NCBI GenBank assembly: GCA_964342815.1
Contig: CAYFHS010000002.1
Span: 278,282 to 342,281, forward strand
From: an uncultured archaeon
Lineage (GTDB): Archaea; Thermoplasmatota; Penumbrarchaeia; JASLWR01
Direction of reading: 5' to 3'
DNA: 64,000 nucleotides
The notes under the pieces were generated by a model. It saw only the letters and a program-made list of their open reading frames with translations, did not search any database and was not told the origin of the DNA. Each line of letters begins with the position of its first letter. Position 1 is the first letter of the stretch. A program made the translations under genes and the position numbers. Shown here one piece after another: positions 40,071-49,256 of the stretch.

Positions 40071-41021
40071 ATGGTAAGAAAAAAAGTGATAAAAAAGAGT
40101 CGGAAAAACGTAAAGAAAATGGAACGCGAAGTTAAACTGATCCTCGGCGGGATCGGTGCGATCACCCTGCTGCTTGCAGGGATCATTGTGGTACTGACGG
40201 TTGATTTCGGACCCGAAGAAAAACCGTCCGAACCCCTTCCAGAACCAGAAAAATATTCGAATCTCTATATTGATGAAGTGCGGTTCGTAAATTCCAAAAC
40301 AAACACCCGGGCCGATGCGGATGATCACAAAGTGGAGGCAACAGTATATTTCACAAACGATGGTGACGCCACCGCAAAGGACGTGGAACTGGATATATTT
40401 GCACTGGTAACGGAGACCAATATGGCAGAGGATAGTGATACCGTAAAGGTGGGGGATGTGGATGCCATGAAGACTATGAAGGCAACTTTCTCTTTGGATC
40501 TGCCGGTAGGCGAGGAATACAAGATAGACCTTCTCGTATTCGAGGATGGTATGATTATAAAGAAAGGATTCGGTACGGTGAAGCTGGAGGATAGATCGAT
40601 GGTATCGGCGCAGCAGTTCAAGACGACATATGGAGATAATGATGTTGAGGCTAACAAAGGACCTAATGTCCCCTCAGGGGACTATGATGATGATGATGAT
40701 GACACAATATCCGGTTCTTTTTTAGAAAATGGTATTTCCAAAGAAGAGGAAAGTACTTTCGCGGGATTGTTGATATCATTGATATGTGTGATAGTTATTG
40801 TGATAATCCTGACCGTGGTTTGGATCGTAAAGAAAAAACGGAGAAGCAAAAATGAATCCCAAAAAAGTTCTTTTTACCTGAACAAGACTCCTGGAAATGA
40901 AATGCAAAATGAGTGGAACGGCAATTTGGATGCCGAAACTGGATCGAATAGCTCATTACCTGGGAACTCACAAACCGCCGAATATAGCTCAGAATTCAAC
41001 CAGGAATCCTGGAAACCCTAA
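40071..41021 (+). CDS. Membrane protein with N- and C-terminal TM helices around a CARDB/Ig-like domain
   Basis: Basic N-terminus + TM; VYFTNDGDATAKDV; poly-D linker; second TM + KKKRR. Confidence 0.7.
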   Translation: MVRKKVIKKSRKNVKKMEREVKLILGGIGAITLLLAGIIVVLTVDFGPEEKPSEPLPEPEKYSNLYIDEVRFVNSKTNTRADADDHKVEATVYFTNDGDATAKDVELDIFALVTETNMAEDSDTVKVGDVDAMKTMKATFSLDLPVGEEYKIDLLVFEDGMIIKKGFGTVKLEDRSMVSAQQFKTTYGDNDVEANKGPNVPSGDYDDDDDDTISGSFLENGISKEEESTFAGLLISLICVIVIVIILTVVWIVKKKRRSKNESQKSSFYLNKTPGNEMQNEWNGNLDAETGSNSSLPGNSQTAEYSSEFNQESWKP

Positions 41022-41136
41022 CTGAAAGGGCAAAGGCGGCGAAATTCGAAAATAATATCTCAAATGAAGCCAACAAAGCTCAAAATTTGATGATACCGCC
41101 GCCTATCATTTCCATTATTATACCAATTTTTTTATA

Positions 41137-42180
41137 TTGGATAGATGTATTATTTATGTTTCGATGGAGTACAGAAATATGGATAAGGAATACCAAAATA
41201 AAAAACTCCATTTATTATTTGTCACCAGTGTAGTAGCGGTGTGTATCATTCTGTTTATTCATGCTGTATCGGCCGAGAAATTGTCTGTGGTTAAGGGTAA
41301 AATTACCTTTGAAAAAGGAGAACCCCAATTTTTAATGGATTTATTGTTATATTCACAAAACGGAACAATTATAAACTCTACCATTATTGAATCAAATGAT
41401 ACTTATTCATTTTCGAATATTCCAACCGGAAACTATACTTTGAAAGTAATATCGAAGAATAATACTCTGTATATATTCAATTTCACGTTGGTTCCCGAGG
41501 AGATATTAACCCACAATATAACAATTGAAGAATATTCATATGACGATGATGACAATAATGGAGGGCCAGTTGACAAGCCAGGTGATGATGAAGATGACGA
41601 CAAAGAACCGGGTGACGGGCCCGATGACGATGATACGAAGCCAAACTCGGGAATGGGAATTTCTAAGGAAGATGAAACCGTCCGAAATTTGTCAGTTATT
41701 TTTCTAGTAGTTATATTGATTTTGATAATAATCTCCCTCGCAATTTTCTCCCGCATCCGCAGAAGCCAGTTACTGAAGCACGACACGCGGCAGCGCATCT
41801 GCTCTCACATACTCGAGAACCCCGGCAAGCATTTTACCGCCCTCAAGAACGAACTCGCTCTGCCCACCGGCGTGATGAGCTATCACCTAGACCGTCTCGA
41901 AAGGGAGAATTTCATACTTTCGCGGATGGAAGGGAAGTTCAAGCGTTTCTACCCGCCCCGCTGGGACCATAAACCGGAGCTCCGTCTCACTGCAATTCAG
42001 GAAACTATCCTCGAGCAGATCAAAAAATATCCCGGTATATCACAGAGCGACATTACTCGAAAGATCGGCCGCAACCGAAAAGTGGTGAACTACCAGGTGC
42101 ACCAGCTCGCGGATATGGACCTTATCGCCATCGAGAAGGAAGGCAGGGAATCAATGTGCTATTTCGTCCGGAATGCGTGA
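41137..42180 (+). CDS. Membrane-anchored transcription regulator: extracellular Ig-like domain, TM, cytoplasmic double winged helix
   Basis: RQRICSHILENPGKHF...YHLDRLERE...KFKRFYP and QETILEQIKKYPGISQSDI...NYQVHQL, after a TM helix. Start uncertain. Confidence 0.8.
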   Translation: MDRCIIYVSMEYRNMDKEYQNKKLHLLFVTSVVAVCIILFIHAVSAEKLSVVKGKITFEKGEPQFLMDLLLYSQNGTIINSTIIESNDTYSFSNIPTGNYTLKVISKNNTLYIFNFTLVPEEILTHNITIEEYSYDDDDNNGGPVDKPGDDEDDDKEPGDGPDDDDTKPNSGMGISKEDETVRNLSVIFLVVILILIIISLAIFSRIRRSQLLKHDTRQRICSHILENPGKHFTALKNELALPTGVMSYHLDRLERENFILSRMEGKFKRFYPPRWDHKPELRLTAIQETILEQIKKYPGISQSDITRKIGRNRKVVNYQVHQLADMDLIAIEKEGRESMCYFVRNA

Positions 42181-42280
42181 TTCGATGCACTTGAATCGTA
42201 ATCCCAATGTCGTATAATAATCTATTTATATGCATAAAATATTGTTTGTACATTCTTTTTCTTTCCCCGGAAGTGGTCAT

Positions 42281-45200
42281 ATGGCGATAATAAAAAAAAG
42301 CATCGTTCTCATTTTACTAGTATTACTAATGGCAGCCAACCTCCATAATTTCACCAATCCAAGTACCTCTCGCTCCTCATCTTCCAACGTTCGCGGATAT
42401 GATCGCAATTCACTTTCAAGCCAGACGCCCTCAAGGCAGGGTGCGTGGTATATGCATCGGCAAAATGCAAGCCGCAACAGCTTCGCAGAAGGAATAACCG
42501 CACCAAATACCAACAATACATTATGGACCTTCAATACGACGAATTCCAACACTGGGAACGGCGTGTATTCCTCCGCAGCTATCGTTGACGAAAAGGTCTA
42601 TATCGGTTCGGGCGAGGGAAAGTTGTATTGTCTGGACCTCATGACCGGCGACCATTACTGGAATTACTCCACCATACCAGGAGCATGGTCACACGGCCAG
42701 TCATGTTCACCTGCTTTTTCCAACGGTAAAGTATTCGTGGGAAATGATTTTATTCCTAAATTGTGGTGTATCGATGCTGTAACTGGTGGGGAGATATGGA
42801 ACTTCTCGACCCGCGCCGGAGGTATGCTTGGTATATACTCATCACCGGCGGTTCATAACGATCGGGTTTATTTCGGGACTGAAAACAACAAGGTATTTTG
42901 TATCCCGGTGGACGATCCTAACGGCGATGGAACAATGGATTACTCCGAAAGGATATGGGATTTCACAGCGCCGGACAAGGTCTGGTCGTCACCAGCGGTA
43001 ACAGATGACAGGGTATACGTTGGCTGTGGTGATTCAAATTCCGTCGGCGCCAACAAGCTCTATTGTCTTTACGCCAATAACGGAACCATCGACTGGGTAT
43101 TCCCGTCAAGAAGAGACATTAAGGACGTTATCTCAACTCCTGTTATCATGAAAGGCAGGGTCTATTTCGGGGCCGGCGATAATAATGTATATGCACTATA
43201 TGCCAATAACGGTACCAAGATATGGAATTACACTACAAGAGACATGGTCATATCATCACCCGTGGTAGCATATGGCAGGGTATTCATAGGAAGCGATGAT
43301 AACCGATTGTACTGCCTGGACGCCGATACCGGTGTCGGGATATGGGATTATGCCACCAAGGGGGAGATATGGTCTTCGCCAAGCGTTGCCGATGAAAAGG
43401 TTTACGTGGCGTCCACCGATGGAACCTTGTACTGTATCAATGCCACCTCGGGTAAACCGGAACTTATCTGGAGCTACAAGATCACTTCCAAGCAGTACGG
43501 GGTTTGTTCCTCGCCCTCCATTGCAGATGGCATGCTTGTCATCGGCGGGGCAACAGGAGGTAATTTGGGTACATCAAAGGTTTATTGTTTTTCTGATGCC
43601 GATACCACGCCACCCACGATAATGGATATTTATCCCGAAGATCAATCCGTGGATATTCCCACTACGGTTAGCATCACCATTGATTTCAATGAACCCATGG
43701 ACCCTTCTTCCGTAACCACCGAGAGCATTTTGCTGAGGAACGACACTTACGATGATGTTGCAGGAACGATCCTCTACGACGATAACGCCTTTACTGCAAC
43801 CTTCACTCCGGCCTCCCCACTTTCCCGCGGAGAGACCTTTAATGTAACCGTATTAAGCACGATAAAGGATGCGGCGGGCAATGGATTGGATGGAAACGAC
43901 AACGGTCAAATGGATGGCTCGCCCCTTGACGACTACAGTTGGGAATTTACCACTTCAGTGAATAAACCACCCGTTCTTTCAGCCCCGACGCTTACACCTA
44001 CGGAAGGAAATCTGGAAACGGATTTCGAATTTTCAGTCATTTATACCGATCTCGATAATGATAATCCCGAGGATTCACCTGGATTTATCAGGGTACATCT
44101 GAACGGTGAATTGATCGGCAGGACCATGACGGTAGACCCCGATGCTTCGGCGCTTTTAACGGACGGTAACCGCAGTAACGGCGAGCAGTATTCCTATGAA
44201 ATGAAGTTTCCAATTTACGGGGAGCATACTTATCAGTTCAAATGCTCGGACGGAATCGATACCGCGTCGACTCAGATTTTTAATGATCCATTGGTCTGGT
44301 ACCCGCAGGAACTTTCATTGATACCAAATCAAACAGCTATCGAGGATATCGACCTCATTCTCGATTTGAATGATGAGATCCACGACGAGGATATGAATGA
44401 AGGCGATCTCGAATTATCGGTGAACTCGAGCTATGCAACCGTGGAAGATTTCAACATCACTTTCAATTATCCCAATTCGTTCAATTATCCCAGCGGCAGA
44501 ACCCACGAAATTGTTGAAATTCTATTATCGGACCCCATCAAGGGATACAACGTGAGCCAGGAGGTGAAAGTGGAAGTGATTCCAATTAACGATGCACCTA
44601 TTATTACGGGGATGACCGACCAGTTGGTCAATATCGGAGAAAAATTCGTTCTGAACCTTACTTTGTACATAAGCGACGAAGACAATAATATGTCTGAGCT
44701 GGAAATTTCCACAAATTCAAGTTATGCTACTGTTGTGGGCGGAGAGATTACTTTTTTCTATCCCGCCAAGGCCGGGATCGTGAGAGATCACATCAACATC
44801 ACCGTTTTCGACGGGGAGTTTTACTGCCGAAGGAATATCACGGTCATGGTCACACTGGAGGGGATCCCGTTCATACTATCGTCCATCCCCCAGCAGAACG
44901 CCGTGGAAGATGTTGATCTGGTGCTGGATATGGGTGATTTCATAACACCCGCGGGTGCGTATACGTTGAATGATTTCGTCTTGTCAATTAACTCGACTTT
45001 CGGAGTTGTAAATGGAGTAATAATAACTTTCAATTACCCGAATTCGTTTAATTATCCAAAAGAACGAAATCACGAATTCATAACGGTCAATATTTCTTAC
45101 GGAAATCATGTTGAATCCGTGAGCTTTAAGATCAATGTTCAGAATGTGAACGATGCCCCGATACTGCTGGATGTCACAACGCCATCATCGTCATTCGATG

Positions 45201-46060
45201 ACACGCCCATCATTTTCGGATTGATATATTTTGATGATGACGGCAGTGATGGCCCATTGGTGGCGGTCGTGATAAACGATGTGGAATACTCGATGAATCA
45301 CATAAGTGGCGACATTCACACCTTAGGGGGGACCTATCAATTGGAAATGAATCTATCGGCAGGTGAATTCAGTTATTATTATAAGGTGGACGATCAAGAA
45401 AATACCTCCAATAGTAACGAAACTTCACAGCTTTATTCATTGACCGTAATTGAACATACCGGATCCGGCGATGATGACGATGACGAGGGAACGGTGGATC
45501 AAGAAACAAGGGGGGGCCTTTTTATCTGGTTGACCATGGCGGCAATCGTGATGATCGCCATAGCCGTGCTGGCAATTCTTTTTGTTCTCAAGCGCGATAG
45601 AAAAAAGGACGAAGGAGAGGAGGATGGAGAGGAAGATGAAAAAGGGATGATGCTGTCGGATATCAGGGGCGGGAAGAAAGAATTGGTAAGCGAGCTGGTG
45701 GAGCTGGAGGATGAACGGGAAGCGGTCCTCGAAAGATTGGATCGAATAGCAGGAAAGCTCGAGCAGCTGGATTGGGATTATGAAGACGGCTACATTGACA
45801 CCTGGCGATATGAAATGCTTGTGGATAAATGCCTCCATGGACGAGAAAAGCTGCTCGATGAATTGGATGAGATCCATGATGATATCGATTATCTGGAAGA
45901 GGAGCTTGAGCGCGCGGAGCATAGAAAGAACAGCAGGAAGAGACAATACGGCGGCGGGGGTGACGATGATTTTTATTATTCGGGGTATCAGGAGGCGGGT
46001 GATCAATGGGAAGATGATTTCCATGAGGACTGGATGACAGACGAGTATTGGGATGATTAA
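42281..46060 (+). CDS. Surface protein with PQQ-like beta-propeller, SbsA Ig-like and cadherin-like domains, TM and an acidic coiled-coil cytoplasmic tail
   Basis: Repeated SSP(A/V)V.DGRVY.GS.D..LYCLDA..G..IW; DTTPPTIMDIYP...IDFNEPMD; NDAP linkers; TM + KRDRKK. Confidence 0.85.
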   Translation: MAIIKKSIVLILLVLLMAANLHNFTNPSTSRSSSSNVRGYDRNSLSSQTPSRQGAWYMHRQNASRNSFAEGITAPNTNNTLWTFNTTNSNTGNGVYSSAAIVDEKVYIGSGEGKLYCLDLMTGDHYWNYSTIPGAWSHGQSCSPAFSNGKVFVGNDFIPKLWCIDAVTGGEIWNFSTRAGGMLGIYSSPAVHNDRVYFGTENNKVFCIPVDDPNGDGTMDYSERIWDFTAPDKVWSSPAVTDDRVYVGCGDSNSVGANKLYCLYANNGTIDWVFPSRRDIKDVISTPVIMKGRVYFGAGDNNVYALYANNGTKIWNYTTRDMVISSPVVAYGRVFIGSDDNRLYCLDADTGVGIWDYATKGEIWSSPSVADEKVYVASTDGTLYCINATSGKPELIWSYKITSKQYGVCSSPSIADGMLVIGGATGGNLGTSKVYCFSDADTTPPTIMDIYPEDQSVDIPTTVSITIDFNEPMDPSSVTTESILLRNDTYDDVAGTILYDDNAFTATFTPASPLSRGETFNVTVLSTIKDAAGNGLDGNDNGQMDGSPLDDYSWEFTTSVNKPPVLSAPTLTPTEGNLETDFEFSVIYTDLDNDNPEDSPGFIRVHLNGELIGRTMTVDPDASALLTDGNRSNGEQYSYEMKFPIYGEHTYQFKCSDGIDTASTQIFNDPLVWYPQELSLIPNQTAIEDIDLILDLNDEIHDEDMNEGDLELSVNSSYATVEDFNITFNYPNSFNYPSGRTHEIVEILLSDPIKGYNVSQEVKVEVIPINDAPIITGMTDQLVNIGEKFVLNLTLYISDEDNNMSELEISTNSSYATVVGGEITFFYPAKAGIVRDHINITVFDGEFYCRRNITVMVTLEGIPFILSSIPQQNAVEDVDLVLDMGDFITPAGAYTLNDFVLSINSTFGVVNGVIITFNYPNSFNYPKERNHEFITVNISYGNHVESVSFKINVQNVNDAPILLDVTTPSSSFDDTPIIFGLIYFDDDGSDGPLVAVVINDVEYSMNHISGDIHTLGGTYQLEMNLSAGEFSYYYKVDDQENTSNSNETSQLYSLTVIEHTGSGDDDDDEGTVDQETRGGLFIWLTMAAIVMIAIAVLAILFVLKRDRKKDEGEEDGEEDEKGMMLSDIRGGKKELVSELVELEDEREAVLERLDRIAGKLEQLDWDYEDGYIDTWRYEMLVDKCLHGREKLLDELDEIHDDIDYLEEELERAEHRKNSRKRQYGGGGDDDFYYSGYQEAGDQWEDDFHEDWMTDEYWDD

Positions 46061-46151
46061 GGTAAAAAAAGCACTTAGCACAGAACTGAATTACCTGTAA
46101 TTTTTTATACTATCAAGTACATGAGGGTTTTATACCATTTTAGGTGATCAC

Positions 46152-46742
46152 ATGGGAACGGAAGAAGCGAAGGCAAAGAGCGAAGTACCGGGTATGGGCT
46201 ATTATGCATTTCTCATAACATTTGGAATAATACTCATGATCGCGGGAACCGTAATTGGTATTATGTTGATGAGAAACCCGGACGATTCCGCCGTTCATAC
46301 TCTGGATTTCCGGAGACTCAACTCATACAATAAACCCCTTGACAAGGGCCATTACCAGATATGGTACGTAGATAGGTACGGCGAGTACGATCTTGTTGAA
46401 AGCAACGACCCTGGGGAAGTGTATATAAAGGATCCCAATGGAGCCGACGTGAACCTGATATATGAGGACGCATCCATAGAGGGGGAATACGATGAATGGG
46501 TTATATTTGCGTCTTTCGAGGCGGAGGAAACCGGTGAATATAACTTCAGAACCACTAAAAATGTTGAGATATACATCACCACACCTTTCAAAGAGGAGCC
46601 TTATTATTATATTCTGGTGCCTTTCGGCATAGGCATAGGCGGCGGCCTGGTGCTGATGTGCGTGGGCCTCCATTATATAAAAAAGATTCAGGCGATGAGA
46701 ATGGCTCGGGATAAGGCAAAGACAGAGTACTGGCAAGGTTGA
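46152..46742 (+). CDS. Two-TM membrane protein of unknown function
   Basis: Hydrophobic helices near both ends; GGTGAT RBS. Confidence 0.7.
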   Translation: MGTEEAKAKSEVPGMGYYAFLITFGIILMIAGTVIGIMLMRNPDDSAVHTLDFRRLNSYNKPLDKGHYQIWYVDRYGEYDLVESNDPGEVYIKDPNGADVNLIYEDASIEGEYDEWVIFASFEAEETGEYNFRTTKNVEIYITTPFKEEPYYYILVPFGIGIGGGLVLMCVGLHYIKKIQAMRMARDKAKTEYWQG

Positions 46743-46815
46743 ATTAAGTTCCACTTTCAATGCGGACCGGCATCCTTTCAGCTACAAGAACGGGGTCGGT
46801 ACTATAATTTTTCCG

Positions 46816-47961
46816 CTATAATTCAGAGCCCCTCAAAATTTTTTCATAATAATCTGAGCTCCCCGTTTCAAGAATTTCCAGTATTATCTCTTCCGTGACC
46901 CGGCCAACCCCGCTTATCTTTTGAAGCTCCTCCTTCATTGATGATAACGGATCTTTAAGTTTAGAAATGGAATTGGCAGCATAACCGTAGGGCGATCTTC
47001 TTCTTTCCAGTTTCAGAACATAATCCATGTGCTCCAGCATCACCGCTACGAGGTCGTTCTCATCCAGAATGTCCTTGAACAGCCGCAGAGGGATTCGTTT
47101 TGGCATCTGAAACTTGTTCGCGAGCCCGTTGAAAAGAAGATTCAGCTTATTATGGTAACTGCCGGATGGCTGGCCCCATTTGTTTCCCGCGTACAGCTTT
47201 TGGTATTCCGGGATCAGTTCTTCATATTTCCTTGCGAGAACTTTCATAAAATGTTCTTTCTGCCTACCGTCTTTGAGGGTCATTCCGCCGAATATGATGA
47301 AATCCGCACCCGCTTCCTTTGCCTTTTTTATGGACTCGTTTAACATCCCCCTGGTGTCGGTCAAATGGGGAATGACGGGAAGCAGGAACATGCCGCATGC
47401 GATCCCTTCGTTCTTCAGGTACCTTATGGTATCCAATCGCTCGCTGGGAGCAGGGATGCCGGGCTCGAATATGCTGCTTATCTCGTTGTTCATGGATGAA
47501 AAACTGAAACTTGCGATTACCCGGCTCCTCTGATTTATCTTCTTCAGCAGATCGATATCTCTCTTTATGAGGGTCGATTTTGTAATCATGTGGACCGGCC
47601 GATGGTATTCATAACAAAGCTCGAGCGTTCTTCTGGTCAGCTGGTATTTCCGCTCTATGGTCTGGTAGCTGTCTCCCACTCCGCCGCCAACTATGATAAA
47701 ACCCTTTTTTACAGGCTTTCTTTTTCTCCGCGGGTCCAGCTCCCGACGCAGGATATCAATGGCGTTGACCTTGACCGCAACGTCCCTTCCGAACTTACCC
47801 TCGACATAGTATCTTTCCGCCCGCCCGTCGCAGTAGACACAGTCGTGCCGGCATCCCCGATAGAGGTTCATGCCGTACCGGGATAAAAACCACGAGTCGA
47901 TCCTTTTATGTCTGCGAAGTATGGATTTCGCCTGAATCTCTGTTATCGTCATCTTTTCCAT
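46816..47961 (-). CDS. Spore-photoproduct-lyase-like radical SAM protein with C-terminal helix-hairpin-helix domain
   Basis: NLYRGCRHDCVYCDGR, DSYQTIE, ITKSTLIKRD, PAPSERL; tail LQKISGVGRVTEEIILEILETG. Confidence 0.82.
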   Translation of the reverse strand: MEKMTITEIQAKSILRRHKRIDSWFLSRYGMNLYRGCRHDCVYCDGRAERYYVEGKFGRDVAVKVNAIDILRRELDPRRKRKPVKKGFIIVGGGVGDSYQTIERKYQLTRRTLELCYEYHRPVHMITKSTLIKRDIDLLKKINQRSRVIASFSFSSMNNEISSIFEPGIPAPSERLDTIRYLKNEGIACGMFLLPVIPHLTDTRGMLNESIKKAKEAGADFIIFGGMTLKDGRQKEHFMKVLARKYEELIPEYQKLYAGNKWGQPSGSYHNKLNLLFNGLANKFQMPKRIPLRLFKDILDENDLVAVMLEHMDYVLKLERRRSPYGYAANSISKLKDPLSSMKEELQKISGVGRVTEEIILEILETGSSDYYEKILRGSEL

Positions 47962-48034
47962 TTCTCCTTCACTTGAATGTATATTAGTTGACTTTATATT
48001 ATTGTTAATGGGGATTTTGCATTTCTTGAATATT

Positions 48035-48230
48035 ATCTTTTATTCGAGGCCTGCGACGTAAGAAACGCAGGCCTCGTCTACGACAAAAAAGAAGAATCTT
48101 AAAATCATAAAAGGTCGGTGGAAACCGACCAAAGGGGGTCACCCCCTTTTTCATTGTATTTATTTTTTGGTTCGGACCTGCGTTTCTTACGTCGCAGGTC
48201 CTCTTTGGTAAGAAGAGAAAATATCATAGT
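48035..48230. repeat. REP-like composite intergenic element, copy C (two large stems flanking two small hairpins)
   Basis: CGAGGCCTGCG-ACGTAAGAAA-CGCAGGCCTCG (48045-48076); GGTCGG/CCGACC; GGGGG/CCCCC + T tract; GGACCTGCG-TTTCTTACGT-CGCAGGTCC (48174-48201). Confidence 0.75.
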
Positions 48231-48286
48231 CGCAAAAGAGTAATCCGTCGAAACCATAATTAGGGAAAACGTGGTTTTCACCGCTA

Positions 48287-49165
48287 ATGACTGAGCGTTC
48301 CAGACAGACGCAAAACAGCTTTCCCAGTAACTATCTTCAAGCCCTGCTGGCGTTCAAGCATCTCATGCGCATAGGCAACTGCACAATGGGAATTCTCATG
48401 GTGGTCATTGGTTCCTTTGCCGTATTCCAGGGCGACTTTCTCGACCACATTGAGCTTATAATACCGGCCTGTATTGTCGCATTCTTTTTGATGGCCGGCG
48501 GCAACATGATAAACGACGTTTTCGATGTGGAGGTGGACCGTAATGCACATCCTGGCCGTGCGATCCCCCGAGGTATATTCTCGGGCCGTTTCGTGCTGTT
48601 TTGGGCCCTGTCCTTCTACGCCGTTGCCCTCTTCTTTGCCGCCATCATAAATCTGAACTGCTTCATATTCGCCCTGGCAGCCGAGTTTCTTCTGTTATTT
48701 TATGAACTGTCTCTCAAGAAATATCCGGGTGCCGGCAACATTGTCATAGGCGCGCTGGTGGGAAGCGTTTTCCTCGGTACTGCCGCGGCCATCGACCGCT
48801 GGAAGATACTGACGTTCCTTGGACTGCTGGCCTTTCTCATCAACGTTGCCCGCGAGATGATAAAGGATATTGAGGATATGGAGGGGGACGTGGACCGGAA
48901 TACCTTTCCCAGAAGTTTCGGTGTGAACGCGACGTTGTACGCCGCCTGGTCCATACTCATCATTACCGTGGTTTTATTTTTTATACCCTATTACCCGCTG
49001 AAACTTTTCTCAGGAATTCTCTATCTCGCCGGAATGGGTGCGGCCGATCTGGTAATATTGTTTGCCATATTTAGTTCGAAGAAGAATGCTGAAAAGGGGC
49101 AGCAGATGCTGAAGTTCGCAATGCTTCTAGCCCTTGTGGCTTTTCTGCTGGGTAATTGGGTTTGA
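48287..49165 (+). CDS. UbiA-family prenyltransferase, probable digeranylgeranylglyceryl phosphate synthase
   Basis: GGNMINDVFDVEVDRNAHPGRAIPRG, LKKYPGAGN, AREMIKDIEDMEGD. Confidence 0.85.
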   Translation: MTERSRQTQNSFPSNYLQALLAFKHLMRIGNCTMGILMVVIGSFAVFQGDFLDHIELIIPACIVAFFLMAGGNMINDVFDVEVDRNAHPGRAIPRGIFSGRFVLFWALSFYAVALFFAAIINLNCFIFALAAEFLLLFYELSLKKYPGAGNIVIGALVGSVFLGTAAAIDRWKILTFLGLLAFLINVAREMIKDIEDMEGDVDRNTFPRSFGVNATLYAAWSILIITVVLFFIPYYPLKLFSGILYLAGMGAADLVILFAIFSSKKNAEKGQQMLKFAMLLALVAFLLGNWV

Positions 49166-49256
49166 TCATCAAAAGAACAGATGGGAATAGAAAAAGACGG
49201 GGGCCCAAAGTCTCTCTAATTCAAGAAAGCTTTACTGAGCCCCAATAGCCTTGACA

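Noticed and set aside
33780-48230. CRISPR array or IS element as the source of the hairpin repeats
   Set aside because: Copies are kilobases apart with no regular spacers; no cas or transposase gene and no clear target-site duplications.
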